Shown one piece after another: positions 48,295 through 56,662 of a stretch of DNA of 64,000 nt. The position numbers and the translations under genes are program-made. Position 1 is the first letter of the stretch. The number at the start of each line of letters is the position of its first letter. The notes below the pieces were generated by a model. That model ran no database searches, had not been told where the DNA came from, and saw only the letters and a list, made by a program, of their open reading frames with translations. Source of the DNA: an uncultured Acidobacteriota bacterium (GTDB lineage: Bacteria; Acidobacteriota; Thermoanaerobaculia; UBA5066; Gp7-AA6); the NCBI GenBank assembly GCA_963738945.1, contig CAVTYD010000003.1, positions 302,114 through 366,113 on the forward strand. The letters are read 5' to 3'.

Positions 48295-49458
48295 ATGACG
48301 CGCTCGATTCCGCGCACGATGCTTCGCCTCGTCCTCGCTTCCGTTCCGTTCGTCCTCGGAGTCCGGAGCCAGACCGCTTTCGGCGCCCAGGGGCTGACCT
48401 TCCCGCCGAACGGCGACAATCCCCAGGCCGCGGTGATGCAGGCGATCGGCCCCGTGCGGGTGACGATCGAGTATTCGAGCCCGCGCGTCGTCCGGGGCTC
48501 CAACGACCGCCGCGGAAAAATCTGGGGAGAGCTCGTGCCCTGGGGACTCTCCGACCTCGGACTGAACGGCTGCACGAGCTGCCCCTGGCGCGCCGGCGCG
48601 AACGAAAACACGACGTTCACGGTCACGCACGACGTCCGGATCCAGGGCCAGCCGCTGCCCGCCGGGACCTACGGGCTGCACATGATCCCGGGGCAGGAGG
48701 AGTGGACGGTCGTCTTCTCGAAGGACGCGAGCTCCTGGGGAAGCTACTGGTACGACCCGAAGAACGACGCGCTCCGCGTTTCGACGCGGGCCCAGAAGAG
48801 CGACTACCACGAGTGGCTGACCTACGAGTTCACGGATCGCGAGCCGTCGAAGGCGACCGTGGCTCTGCGCTGGGAAGACCTCCAGGTCCCGTTCTCGATC
48901 AGCGTGGACGACGTCAACGCGCTCTGGGTCGAGGGACTCCGCAAGGACCTTCGCCAGTGGTCGGGATTCTCCTGGCAGAACTGGCAGCAGGCCGCCGCCT
49001 TCTGCGCGCAGAACAGGATCAACCTTCCCGAGGCGCTGGTGTGGGCGCGGCGGGCGGTCGCCGATCCCTACGTCGGCGGCGACGAGAACTTCGTGACCCT
49101 CTCGACGCTCTCGCAACTGGAGGCCTTGAACGGCCAGGCACCGGAGGCCGCGAAGACGCTCGAGAGGGCCCTGAACCATCCGACGGCGACGGCCCTTCAG
49201 GTCCATCTCTATGGCCGCTCGCTCCTGCTCGAGGGAAACAAGGAGCAGGCGCTCTACGTGTTCCAGATCAACGCGAAGCGTCATCCCGACCAGTGGCCCG
49301 TCCACGTCGGCCTGATGCGCGGCTACTCGGCCAACGGCGACTCGAAGAAGGCCCTCGCCGAGGCGAGACTCGCGCTCGCCCAGGCTCCGGACGATCCGAA
49401 CAGGAAGAACCTCGAAGCGTTGATCCGGAAGCTCGAAGCCGGACAGTCGATCAACTAG
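48295..49458 (+). CDS. DUF2911 domain protein with C-terminal TPR repeats, secreted
   Basis: A signal peptide is present. The DUF2911 core (YSSPRVVRG...WRAGANENT) is followed by TPR-like repeats. Confidence 0.6.
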   Translation: MTRSIPRTMLRLVLASVPFVLGVRSQTAFGAQGLTFPPNGDNPQAAVMQAIGPVRVTIEYSSPRVVRGSNDRRGKIWGELVPWGLSDLGLNGCTSCPWRAGANENTTFTVTHDVRIQGQPLPAGTYGLHMIPGQEEWTVVFSKDASSWGSYWYDPKNDALRVSTRAQKSDYHEWLTYEFTDREPSKATVALRWEDLQVPFSISVDDVNALWVEGLRKDLRQWSGFSWQNWQQAAAFCAQNRINLPEALVWARRAVADPYVGGDENFVTLSTLSQLEALNGQAPEAAKTLERALNHPTATALQVHLYGRSLLLEGNKEQALYVFQINAKRHPDQWPVHVGLMRGYSANGDSKKALAEARLALAQAPDDPNRKNLEALIRKLEAGQSIN

Positions 49459-49482
49459 GCGGAGACGCCCCCTCACCCCCGT

Positions 49483-49507
49483 CCTCTCCCCCGCCGGGGG
49501 AGAGGGT
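49483..49507. terminator. GC-rich hairpin terminator after DUF2911 gene
   Basis: CCTCTCCCCC-GCCG-GGGGAGAGG forms a 10-bp stem and is followed by TCTT. Confidence 0.45.
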
Positions 49508-49714
49508 CTTGCCGGGCGGCTCTCGTCCCGCGGCAATGCCCCGATCGCTCGCATCGCGAATAGTCGCCCCGACCGAAGGGAGGGAGGAGGTTCGCGATGC
49601 GGGAGCCGGAGCGCAGCGAGGGATCAGGCGAGCGGTCGAGCCGGCATCCCGGCGAGCCGCTCGCCGGTGCGCGCCCGAAGGGCGCGCAGCCCCCGAGCGA
49701 GCGGAGGCGACGGT

Positions 49715-50368
49715 TTACAGCATTCCGACCGCGCGCGATGCCAGGATCGCGACGATCGAGAGCGAGATGAGCGCCTGCAGCATGCAGAGCACCTTCGCCC
49801 AGCGCGAAAGTATGGCCGTGTCGGTCGGCGAAAAGGCGGTGCTCGTGTTGAAGGCGAGGAAGAGGTAGTCGACGAACCGCGGCGACCAGCCCTGGGGATC
49901 ATCGATGGGCGCTCCGTCCATCATTTGGGGAAAGAAGAACGCGCCGGCGGTGTGGGCGTTGCGAGTCTCGCGGTGGTGCGGGCCTCCGGCGTCGAGCCGC
50001 CAGTACCAGATCGCGAAGACGAGGATGTTCGTGACCCAGAGCAGCGTGGCCGACTTGAGCAGCGCCGCCGGACTCTCGGCCTTGTCCGGCAGTCGCACGA
50101 TCAGCAGCACCAGGGAGGCTGCCAGCGCGAACGTGACGATGGCGCTGATGACGTATCCGAGGATCCGGTCGATCTCGTGGCGGCCCGTGAAGTGCGCGAT
50201 CGTCGTCGGCACCAGCAGCACGCCCACGGCGGCCGGAAGAAACCAGCGGGGTCCGAGCACGAGGGCATGCGGGAGACTGAGCAGGATCCCGCCGACCCCG
50301 ACGATGGCGACGAGAACCGGCCACCGCGCTTCCGGATTGACGATTTTCGGAATGTGGTACTTGGCCAC
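49715..50368 (-). CDS. DUF1345 family membrane protein
   Basis: There are 4-5 TM helices and the DUF1345-like C-terminal region. The start is uncertain (a GTG at 50368 is chosen). The longer ORF is R-rich antisense of the neighbour. Confidence 0.5.
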   Translation of the reverse strand: MAKYHIPKIVNPEARWPVLVAIVGVGGILLSLPHALVLGPRWFLPAAVGVLLVPTTIAHFTGRHEIDRILGYVISAIVTFALAASLVLLIVRLPDKAESPAALLKSATLLWVTNILVFAIWYWRLDAGGPHHRETRNAHTAGAFFFPQMMDGAPIDDPQGWSPRFVDYLFLAFNTSTAFSPTDTAILSRWAKVLCMLQALISLSIVAILASRAVGML

Positions 50369-50389
50369 GGGCGGGATGATAATGCGCGC

Positions 50390-50983
50390 ATGGGGAAGAA
50401 GGACCCGCGCATCGATGCCTACATCGCGAAATCCGCCCCCTTCGCCCGGCCGATCCTGGAGCGCCTGCGCGCCCTCGTGCACCGCGGATGTCCCGAGGCC
50501 GTCGAGGAGATCAAGTGGAGCTCGCCCCACTTCCACTACAAGGGCATGTTCTGCGGCATGGCCGCCTTCAAGGAGCACTGCGTCTTCGGCTTCTGGAACC
50601 GCGCGATGCACCTCCCCGGGAAGGACGGAGCGATGGGCCAGTTCGGCCGCCTCCGCAACCGGTCGGACCTGCCGGCCGACTCGGCGTTCGTCGGCTACGT
50701 GAGGGAAGCGAAGCGTCTGGCCGACCAGGGGGTCCGGCTCGGGCCGGTGCGCCGCGCGAAGAAACCGCTCCCGGTTCCGGCCCCGTTGACGGCCGCGCTC
50801 AGGAAGAAGGCCGGAGCGCTGGCGAAGTTCCGGGCGTTTTCCCCGAGCCAGCGGCGCGACTACTCCGAGTGGATCGCCGAGGCGAAGACCGACGCGACCC
50901 GGGGCAGGCGCCTCGCGATCGCGGCCGGCTGGATCGCCGAGGGAAAGACGCGAAACTGGAAGTACGAAAGGCCGAGGAACTAG
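50390..50983 (+). CDS. DUF1801 / YdeI-OmpD-associated family protein
   Basis: The N-terminus MGKKDPRIDAYIAK...IKWSSPHFHYKG matches DUF1801. The C-terminus is YdeI-like. Confidence 0.65.
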   Translation: MGKKDPRIDAYIAKSAPFARPILERLRALVHRGCPEAVEEIKWSSPHFHYKGMFCGMAAFKEHCVFGFWNRAMHLPGKDGAMGQFGRLRNRSDLPADSAFVGYVREAKRLADQGVRLGPVRRAKKPLPVPAPLTAALRKKAGALAKFRAFSPSQRRDYSEWIAEAKTDATRGRRLAIAAGWIAEGKTRNWKYERPRN

Positions 50984-50987
50984 CCCC

Positions 50988-51830
50988 GTGAAGCGCATCG
51001 CGGACTTGACCCCCGAGGACCTCGAATCGCATCCGGTCTGGCGATACGAGGAAGGCGTCGGACCGAATGCGCTCGTCATCCCCGCGCGGCGGACGTCCCT
51101 CTCCCGGGCGGACGACGAGGTCTTCCTCGCCGCGACCGAGTTCGAGCTCTTCGACGGCAGCCGGCACTCGGGCTACTGCTTCCCCGCCGACGACTCGGGA
51201 ATCGACTACCTCCAGCCGGCCATCGTGACGGCCGCCGGCCACGTGAATTTCTGGACCGAGACCCCCGCCCGTCCGCAGGATCTCGCCGAGAGGTGGCGGG
51301 CGCTCGGCAAGGAGGGCGGGCAGATCTTTCCCGTCGCCTTCCGCTGCCTCGTGCCGGTGGACCGCCGCACCGTCAGCGGCTGGATCGCGGGCGTCGAATC
51401 CTCGCGGGACCTCACCGTCGCGATCCGGGAGCTCCCCGACTCGCCGGAGTCGCGGGACGTCCCCGCGGGGCCGCCGGCGCCGACCGCGCGGCCCGTCGAC
51501 CCCCGGCGCGAACGGACCTCGAAGCTCGACAAGCGGACGGCACACCGGCGCTCGGCGGAGATGACGGTCGAGTTCACCCAGGACGCGCTCCACGGCACCG
51601 GCGTCGCGGAGAACGTCACCCGCCGCGGCATGTTCGTCCGCGCCGCGCGCACGCCGGCGGCCGGACCGCAGGTGCGGCTCACCGTGAGCCTGCCGGACGG
51701 GAGGCGCCTGATCCTGACGGGCCGCGTCGTGCGCCGCTCCAGCGACGCCGCCGGGTTCGGCCTCCGCCTGGCCGAAGACTTTCCCAACTACGACTCGCTC
51801 TTTCCCCGGTCGCGCCACAAACCCGGATGA
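50988..51830 (+). CDS. PilZ-domain protein with uncharacterised N-terminal domain
   Basis: The C-terminal ~100 aa are PilZ-like (RRSAEMTVEF...RRGMFVRA...GRRLILTGRVVR). The start is a GTG. Confidence 0.5.
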   Translation: MKRIADLTPEDLESHPVWRYEEGVGPNALVIPARRTSLSRADDEVFLAATEFELFDGSRHSGYCFPADDSGIDYLQPAIVTAAGHVNFWTETPARPQDLAERWRALGKEGGQIFPVAFRCLVPVDRRTVSGWIAGVESSRDLTVAIRELPDSPESRDVPAGPPAPTARPVDPRRERTSKLDKRTAHRRSAEMTVEFTQDALHGTGVAENVTRRGMFVRAARTPAAGPQVRLTVSLPDGRRLILTGRVVRRSSDAAGFGLRLAEDFPNYDSLFPRSRHKPG

Positions 51831-52693
51831 GGCGCGGGATCCGGAGGGCCGCGGCCCTCGGCATTCTCGCCGGAGCGGCGGCCGTCGCCGCGCCCGCGGC
51901 GGAGCCGTCGCCCGCCTCGGCCTCGGGGAAGTTCGAGGATCGAAACTGGAAGGTTCCCATCCACGGCGCGTATGCCTTCTGGGACAAGTCGAGCGGAACG
52001 GACGACGATCCGGTCCTCTGCGTGGCCGTCTCGAACGCCGAGTTCGCTTCCGACGCGATCGACGGCCATTTCGACCGGCGCCACGCGATCAGCGCGTTCT
52101 TCGCGAGCGACGACGTCAAGGTCGTCTACTTCGAGTTCGCCGAGGACGGCCGCTACCGGGGTCTCTCCTATTACTTCGAGTCCGGCGACGGCTGCGGCTA
52201 TTGCTACGACAGCAAGGTCCGTTCGACCGTTCACGCGCGCGATGGACGCCTCGCCGGGACGGTCTCCTACAAGGAGGACGCGCGAGAGTTCGACGTCGCC
52301 TTCGACGTGCCGGTTCCTCCCAAGACCTGGGGCGACCCGCTTCCGGCCGGCGGGGGCGCGCCCGGCCAGGCCTACGTCGCCTACGCGGCCGCGCTCGCCA
52401 AAGAAGACCGCGAGGCGGTCCGCGAGCTCCTCGACGCCGGGCAGAAGGAGCGGTGGGATCGGCACGCCGCTCAGAAAGATCTCGCCGAGTTCTTCCAATA
52501 CCTCTGGGACGACGCCCACGACCGGATGAAGACGATCCGCATCACCGGAGGATTCGAGCGGGGCGACCGCGCGGTCGTGCTGTTCGACGGCTCGAGCCCG
52601 ATCCTCGATCACCTCTACGGCGAGGCGCTCCTTCGTCGGGAGAACGGGAAGTGGCTCGTCCACGGAGAGATGGTCGAGATCGGCACGAGGTAG
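51827..52693 (+). CDS. Secreted hypothetical protein, translationally coupled to PilZ gene
   Basis: The ATG overlaps the PilZ TGA (ATGA). A signal peptide (MRRGIRRAAALGILAGAAAVAAPAA) is present. Confidence 0.5.
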   Translation: MRRGIRRAAALGILAGAAAVAAPAAEPSPASASGKFEDRNWKVPIHGAYAFWDKSSGTDDDPVLCVAVSNAEFASDAIDGHFDRRHAISAFFASDDVKVVYFEFAEDGRYRGLSYYFESGDGCGYCYDSKVRSTVHARDGRLAGTVSYKEDAREFDVAFDVPVPPKTWGDPLPAGGGAPGQAYVAYAAALAKEDREAVRELLDAGQKERWDRHAAQKDLAEFFQYLWDDAHDRMKTIRITGGFERGDRAVVLFDGSSPILDHLYGEALLRRENGKWLVHGEMVEIGTR

Positions 52694-52702
52694 AAAGACA
52701 AA

Positions 52703-52729
52703 GCCCTCTTCCCCGTCGGGGAAGAGGGC
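52703..52729. terminator. Bidirectional GC-rich hairpin between convergent genes
   Basis: GCCCTCTTCCCC-GTC-GGGGAAGAGGGC forms a perfect 12-bp stem. Confidence 0.5.
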
Positions 52730-52758
52730 AAGATCGAGATCGCGAAGGACCCGAACGT

Positions 52759-53184
52759 CTACTTCTTGGCGTTGGTCCAGCTCTCCGTCTCGACCTTCCA
52801 GGCGCCGTCTTCCTCGACCATGCTGATCGTGCCGGTGTTGGCCTCGCCGCCGATCTTCCCCGTCGCGTCGAGCGTCGCCTTGTTGCCGTTGACCTTCAGC
52901 GCCGTGTACTTGAGGTCCGTCGGGGCCATCGCCTTCATCATCTCCATCATCTTGCCGGTGTCGAGGTTCATGTCCTTGTTCTGCTTGTCCATCATCTCCA
53001 GGGCCTTCTTGCTCATGGTGGCGCGGAACGCCTTGTAGTCGCCGGCGGCCATCGCCTTCATGTGGGCGTCGTAGACCTTGGCCTGGGGGCTCGAGGCCGC
53101 GGCCGCGGCGACGCTCGCGGCGAGGGCCGACGCGGTCGTCGCCGCAAACAGGACGACCCCGAGGAGTCCGAGAGACTTGCGCAT
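52759..53184 (-). CDS. Secreted hypothetical protein (141 aa)
   Basis: A signal peptide follows the ATG at 53184 (MRKSLGLLGVVLFAATTASALA). Confidence 0.45.
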   Translation of the reverse strand: MRKSLGLLGVVLFAATTASALAASVAAAAASSPQAKVYDAHMKAMAAGDYKAFRATMSKKALEMMDKQNKDMNLDTGKMMEMMKAMAPTDLKYTALKVNGNKATLDATGKIGGEANTGTISMVEEDGAWKVETESWTNAKK

Positions 53185-53263
53185 TCGATCGCTCCTTCCA
53201 GTTTTCCGCACGCGGGTTTGCGGGCGGCCGACCACGGTGGGCGAGACGGGAACCGGAGATCCG

Positions 53264-53782
53264 CTACTTGTGGCGTCGCTCTCCGAACCGGCGCTCCATG
53301 ACCCGCCGGTCGAAGAGAAGTTGATCCGAGCCCGGCATCGAACCGGGGTCGCGCCGCTCCTCGCGGCGTCGATCGTCCGTCCGGCGCTCGGGATGGGTGA
53401 GGGTGTAGGGCCAGGGCTCGTCCGACCGGAGTTCCGCGTTGATCCTCACCTCGACCGGCACGCCATCGGGAGGCGGCACCGCGAAGGGCGAGGACTCCGG
53501 CTCCGCGAGGGCGACCTCCAGGTCGGGCCGGCCGACCGGGTCCGAGACGTCCTGGACGAGCCAGTGCTCGAGCGCGTCGGTGGGGATGTCGCGCGTCGCG
53601 TTGACCGCCGCGGTGATCCGGCGGGCGTCGGCCAGGGTGCGCCCGCGGACCACGATCGCGCCCCGGGCATCGCGAATGTAGCGCCCGTCCTGGGTCCAGG
53701 GCTCGGGCGAGTGGAACGTATCGATCTCGTCTTCCGGAAAGGGGTCCGATGGAGTCATGAGCCTTTGCGAGTTGATGCTCAT
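53264..53782 (-). CDS. Hypothetical protein (172 aa) with highly charged C-terminus
   Basis: The codon usage is coherent. The start is an ATG at 53782 or 53758. No family recognised. Confidence 0.4.
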   Translation of the reverse strand: MSINSQRLMTPSDPFPEDEIDTFHSPEPWTQDGRYIRDARGAIVVRGRTLADARRITAAVNATRDIPTDALEHWLVQDVSDPVGRPDLEVALAEPESSPFAVPPPDGVPVEVRINAELRSDEPWPYTLTHPERRTDDRRREERRDPGSMPGSDQLLFDRRVMERRFGERRHK

Positions 53783-53889
53783 CGAGAGGTGAGTGCTGGA
53801 ACGATTATCGCACGGAACATTGCGGTTCGGCACGGCGTTGCTCGACGAAGCCGTCGCCGTGTCTTGGCGCACCCGAGAAGGGACCGACG

Positions 53890-54186
53890 CTACGGCACGC
53901 GGCACTTGGCGACGTAGCTCTCGATCACCCGGACGGTGTCGACGTGAACGGTCTTCGCGGCGTCGTTCAGCGTCCCGTGGACCTCGACGTAATCGCTCTC
54001 GATGCCCTTCGTCGGCTTCGGGTTGTCCACACGGTAGAGAGCCCCGGTCCGTTCGTCGATGAAGACGACCTTCACGCCCCGGGCGATGCAATTCCGTGTG
54101 CACGTCTGGCCCGGCGGTCCCTTGCTTCCGTTGCGCACCCGCTCGGTCGAGCACTTCTCGTCGGCGAACCAGCCCTTGCGGGTCAC
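53890..54186 (-). CDS. Small Cys-containing hypothetical protein (98 aa)
   Basis: Four Cys residues are present (CSTE...CTRNC...KC). No family recognised. Confidence 0.4.
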   Translation of the reverse strand: MTRKGWFADEKCSTERVRNGSKGPPGQTCTRNCIARGVKVVFIDERTGALYRVDNPKPTKGIESDYVEVHGTLNDAAKTVHVDTVRVIESYVAKCRVP

Positions 54187-54243
54187 CGTCCCGGGCGGCG
54201 AGCCTCAGCGATCTCGACATCGACGCCTCCTCGGCTCGGCGCG

Positions 54244-55269
54244 TCAGGCCGGACGGGCCTCCAGCAGGAAGAACGGGCTTTTCGTCGGGACGACCCGCGT
54301 CAGGCGGAATCCCGCCCGGATAAGGACCTCCGAGAACTGCCGTTCCGTCCGTTCCCGGCCGCCCGTCACGACGAGCATGTTCAGGTCCATCAGCATGACG
54401 AAATCGGGCCGGGTCGGCTCGGGCACGAGCATCTCGACGATGACCAGCCGGCCCTCCGGCGCCAGGGCCTCCCGGCACTTGTTCAGGATACGCACGCACT
54501 CCTCGTCCGTCCAGTCGTGGAGGATGAACTTGAGCACGTGCAGGTCGGCGCCGCGAGGCACGCTCTGGAAGAAATCGCAGGACTCGAAGGCGCACCGGCC
54601 GGCGGCTCCCGCGGCGCCGATTCCGGCGTGGGCCGCGGACTCCATGTAGGGAAGGTCCACGACCTTCCCCTTCAGGTCCGGATGCTTCGACAGGATCGCG
54701 AGCGCGAGGCTGCCGTTGCCTCCGCCGACGTCCATGATCGTCTTCGCGTCGGAGAAGTCGTAGGCCTCGAGGACGGCCGCGGCGGCGAAGCGCGAGATGT
54801 TCTCCATCGCGCGTCCGAACTGCTCGCCGTGGACCGGATTCTTGCCGTACCAGTCGAAGGCCGGCATCCCGAAGATTTCCATCGGACGCGGAAGGCCCGA
54901 CCGCACGGAGTCGGAGAGGTGCTCCCACGACTGCCAGTGGACGGGGTCCGACTCGGCGATGAAGGCGTCCCGGAACGTGCCCGGCACACTCGAGCGGAGC
55001 CGCTGGCCGATGTCGGTCAGCGCGAACCGGCCGCCGTCCTCCGGCGCCAGAACTCCGAGGCTCACGAGCGCCCGCAGAAGGCGCGCCACCGCTTCCGGCC
55101 GCGTCGCCGTTCGCGCCGCGACCTCGGCTGCCGGCTTCGGTCCCGCGGCGAGCGCATCGGGGATTCCCAGGCGCGCCGCCGTGGCGACCGCCTGCATCGC
55201 CCACATCCCGGTGAGGAGTCGAATCAGAGCCTGGTCGACCGCCGCCGGATCGCCGTGTGGATTCGTCAT
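54244..55269 (-). CDS. Class I SAM-dependent O-methyltransferase (dimerisation + Methyltransf_2 domains)
   Basis: MDVGGGNGS (DxGGGxG) and the plant/bacterial OMT-like fold are present. Length is 341 aa. Confidence 0.8.
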   Translation of the reverse strand: MTNPHGDPAAVDQALIRLLTGMWAMQAVATAARLGIPDALAAGPKPAAEVAARTATRPEAVARLLRALVSLGVLAPEDGGRFALTDIGQRLRSSVPGTFRDAFIAESDPVHWQSWEHLSDSVRSGLPRPMEIFGMPAFDWYGKNPVHGEQFGRAMENISRFAAAAVLEAYDFSDAKTIMDVGGGNGSLALAILSKHPDLKGKVVDLPYMESAAHAGIGAAGAAGRCAFESCDFFQSVPRGADLHVLKFILHDWTDEECVRILNKCREALAPEGRLVIVEMLVPEPTRPDFVMLMDLNMLVVTGGRERTERQFSEVLIRAGFRLTRVVPTKSPFFLLEARPA

Positions 55270-55341
55270 GGCGCGGGAGAATATCCCGGCCCACGCGCGG
55301 CGCCGGATTCGCCGGGGTTCCGGCGCACGACGAGGCGGGCG

Positions 55342-55815
55342 CTATTTCTTCTTCTTTTCCGTCGACGGCCGGCGCGGACGCTGCTTCTTCGACACCGACC
55401 GGATGATCAGCCGGCCGCGCCCCTTCCCGGGAAGCGCGACACGGTTCTGCGCGATCGCGGCGGCGAACAGGGCCTCGACCTCCGGCCGGTCGAGGACCCG
55501 GGCCGACTCGAGGCGGAGGAATCGATTCTGCTTTCCCTCGCCGAGCAGGATGCCGTGCGGATCCGGCAGGCTCGCGCCGCGGTAGAAGGACCAGCCCACG
55601 CCGTTCGAGGCCGCCGCGATCGAGCCGATCGAGTCCGAGGGACGTTCGGTCGGGCTGTAGCCGATGACGAAGAAGTTGTAATTGTCCCAGACGAGCTCGT
55701 TGGCCGTCGGGAGACGCCGGCGCATCGCACGGCGTACCGCGCGGATCAGCGCCCGGATCTTCGGATCGAACTTCGCGATGAAGCCCTCGAGCTGCTTTTC
55801 GGCGGCCGTCGTCAT
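55342..55815 (-). CDS. DUF1801 domain protein
   Basis: The DUF1801 core ELVWDNYNFFVIGYSPTERPSDSI is present. The ATG overlaps the upstream TGA (ATGA). Confidence 0.65.
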   Translation of the reverse strand: MTTAAEKQLEGFIAKFDPKIRALIRAVRRAMRRRLPTANELVWDNYNFFVIGYSPTERPSDSIGSIAAASNGVGWSFYRGASLPDPHGILLGEGKQNRFLRLESARVLDRPEVEALFAAAIAQNRVALPGKGRGRLIIRSVSKKQRPRRPSTEKKKK

Positions 55816-56205
55816 GGTTCTCCCCAGCTCCTTCCCGGCGCCTCGTCGCCGGAGGGCCCATAGATCCAGGGAACCTTCGCGCCGGCGAGCCGGAGATACA
55901 CCGACAGCTGGCCGCGATGGTGGACCCAGTGATTGAGGATTCCGTCGCGAAGCTGGACGTCTCGCGTCGTCTCCTGCATGACCCGGCCGCCCGAGAGGAG
56001 CCTCCAGCTCGTCATGAGGTGCGCATCCGTGGTGCCTCGCAGAGCGGCGCGGCCCTTCTCCGCCGCGGCATCGAGCCCCTTCACGAGTGTTCGTCCGGAA
56101 CGCGTTCGAGGACTCGACGGCTCGCGGGCAGCTCGCGGTCGAGATCGGCCAGGAGAAGCTCGGTCATCTTCATTCGGTGGACTCCCGGTCAGGAAATACG
56201 AAACC
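55812..56205 (-). pseudogene. DinB/YfiT-family (DinB_2) gene remnant: N-terminal 30 codons out of frame with C-terminal ~95 codons, ~70 codons missing
   Basis: MKMTELLLADLDRELPASRRVLERVPDEHS* lies in one frame. The HxxHHRGQ-containing C-terminus (LNHWVHHRGQLSVYLRLAGAKVPWIYGPSGDE) lies in another. Confidence 0.5.
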
Positions 56206-56314
56206 CGTGCCGGCGTAGAGCGTATCGAATGTCGAGCCCGAACGCCCGGGGACGGGGGCCCCGGCCGCGGGCCGGCTTGACAGCCTCCAATGACTGCGAT
56301 ACCTATATGTCGCA

Positions 56315-56662
56315 ATGAAACATATTGGAGGCCTCGACCGGCAGCTGAAGAAGGGCTCGACGGAGCTGCTCGTCCTCTCGCTCGTCGCCCACCGCGCCCG
56401 GCACGGCTACGAGATCGGCAAGCTCATCGAGACGCGCTCGCGCGGAGCCCTCACCTTCCGCGTCGCGTCGCTCTATCCCCTCCTCTACCGGCTCGAGGCG
56501 CGCGGCCTGATCGAGGGCAAGTGGGTCGAGAAGCCTTCGCAGCGCCGGCGCCGTTACTACCGCCTGACGGCCGCGGGCCGGAAGATGCTCCGGATGCAGC
56601 AGAGCGCCTGGGCGGACTTCGTCGAGGCCATGCATCGGATCACGGAGGCCGAGCATGCCTGA
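56315..56662 (+). CDS. PadR-family transcriptional regulator
   Basis: The winged HTH is present (LLVLSLVAHRARHGYEIGK...YPLLYRLEARGLIEGKW). Confidence 0.85.
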   Translation: MKHIGGLDRQLKKGSTELLVLSLVAHRARHGYEIGKLIETRSRGALTFRVASLYPLLYRLEARGLIEGKWVEKPSQRRRRYYRLTAAGRKMLRMQQSAWADFVEAMHRITEAEHA

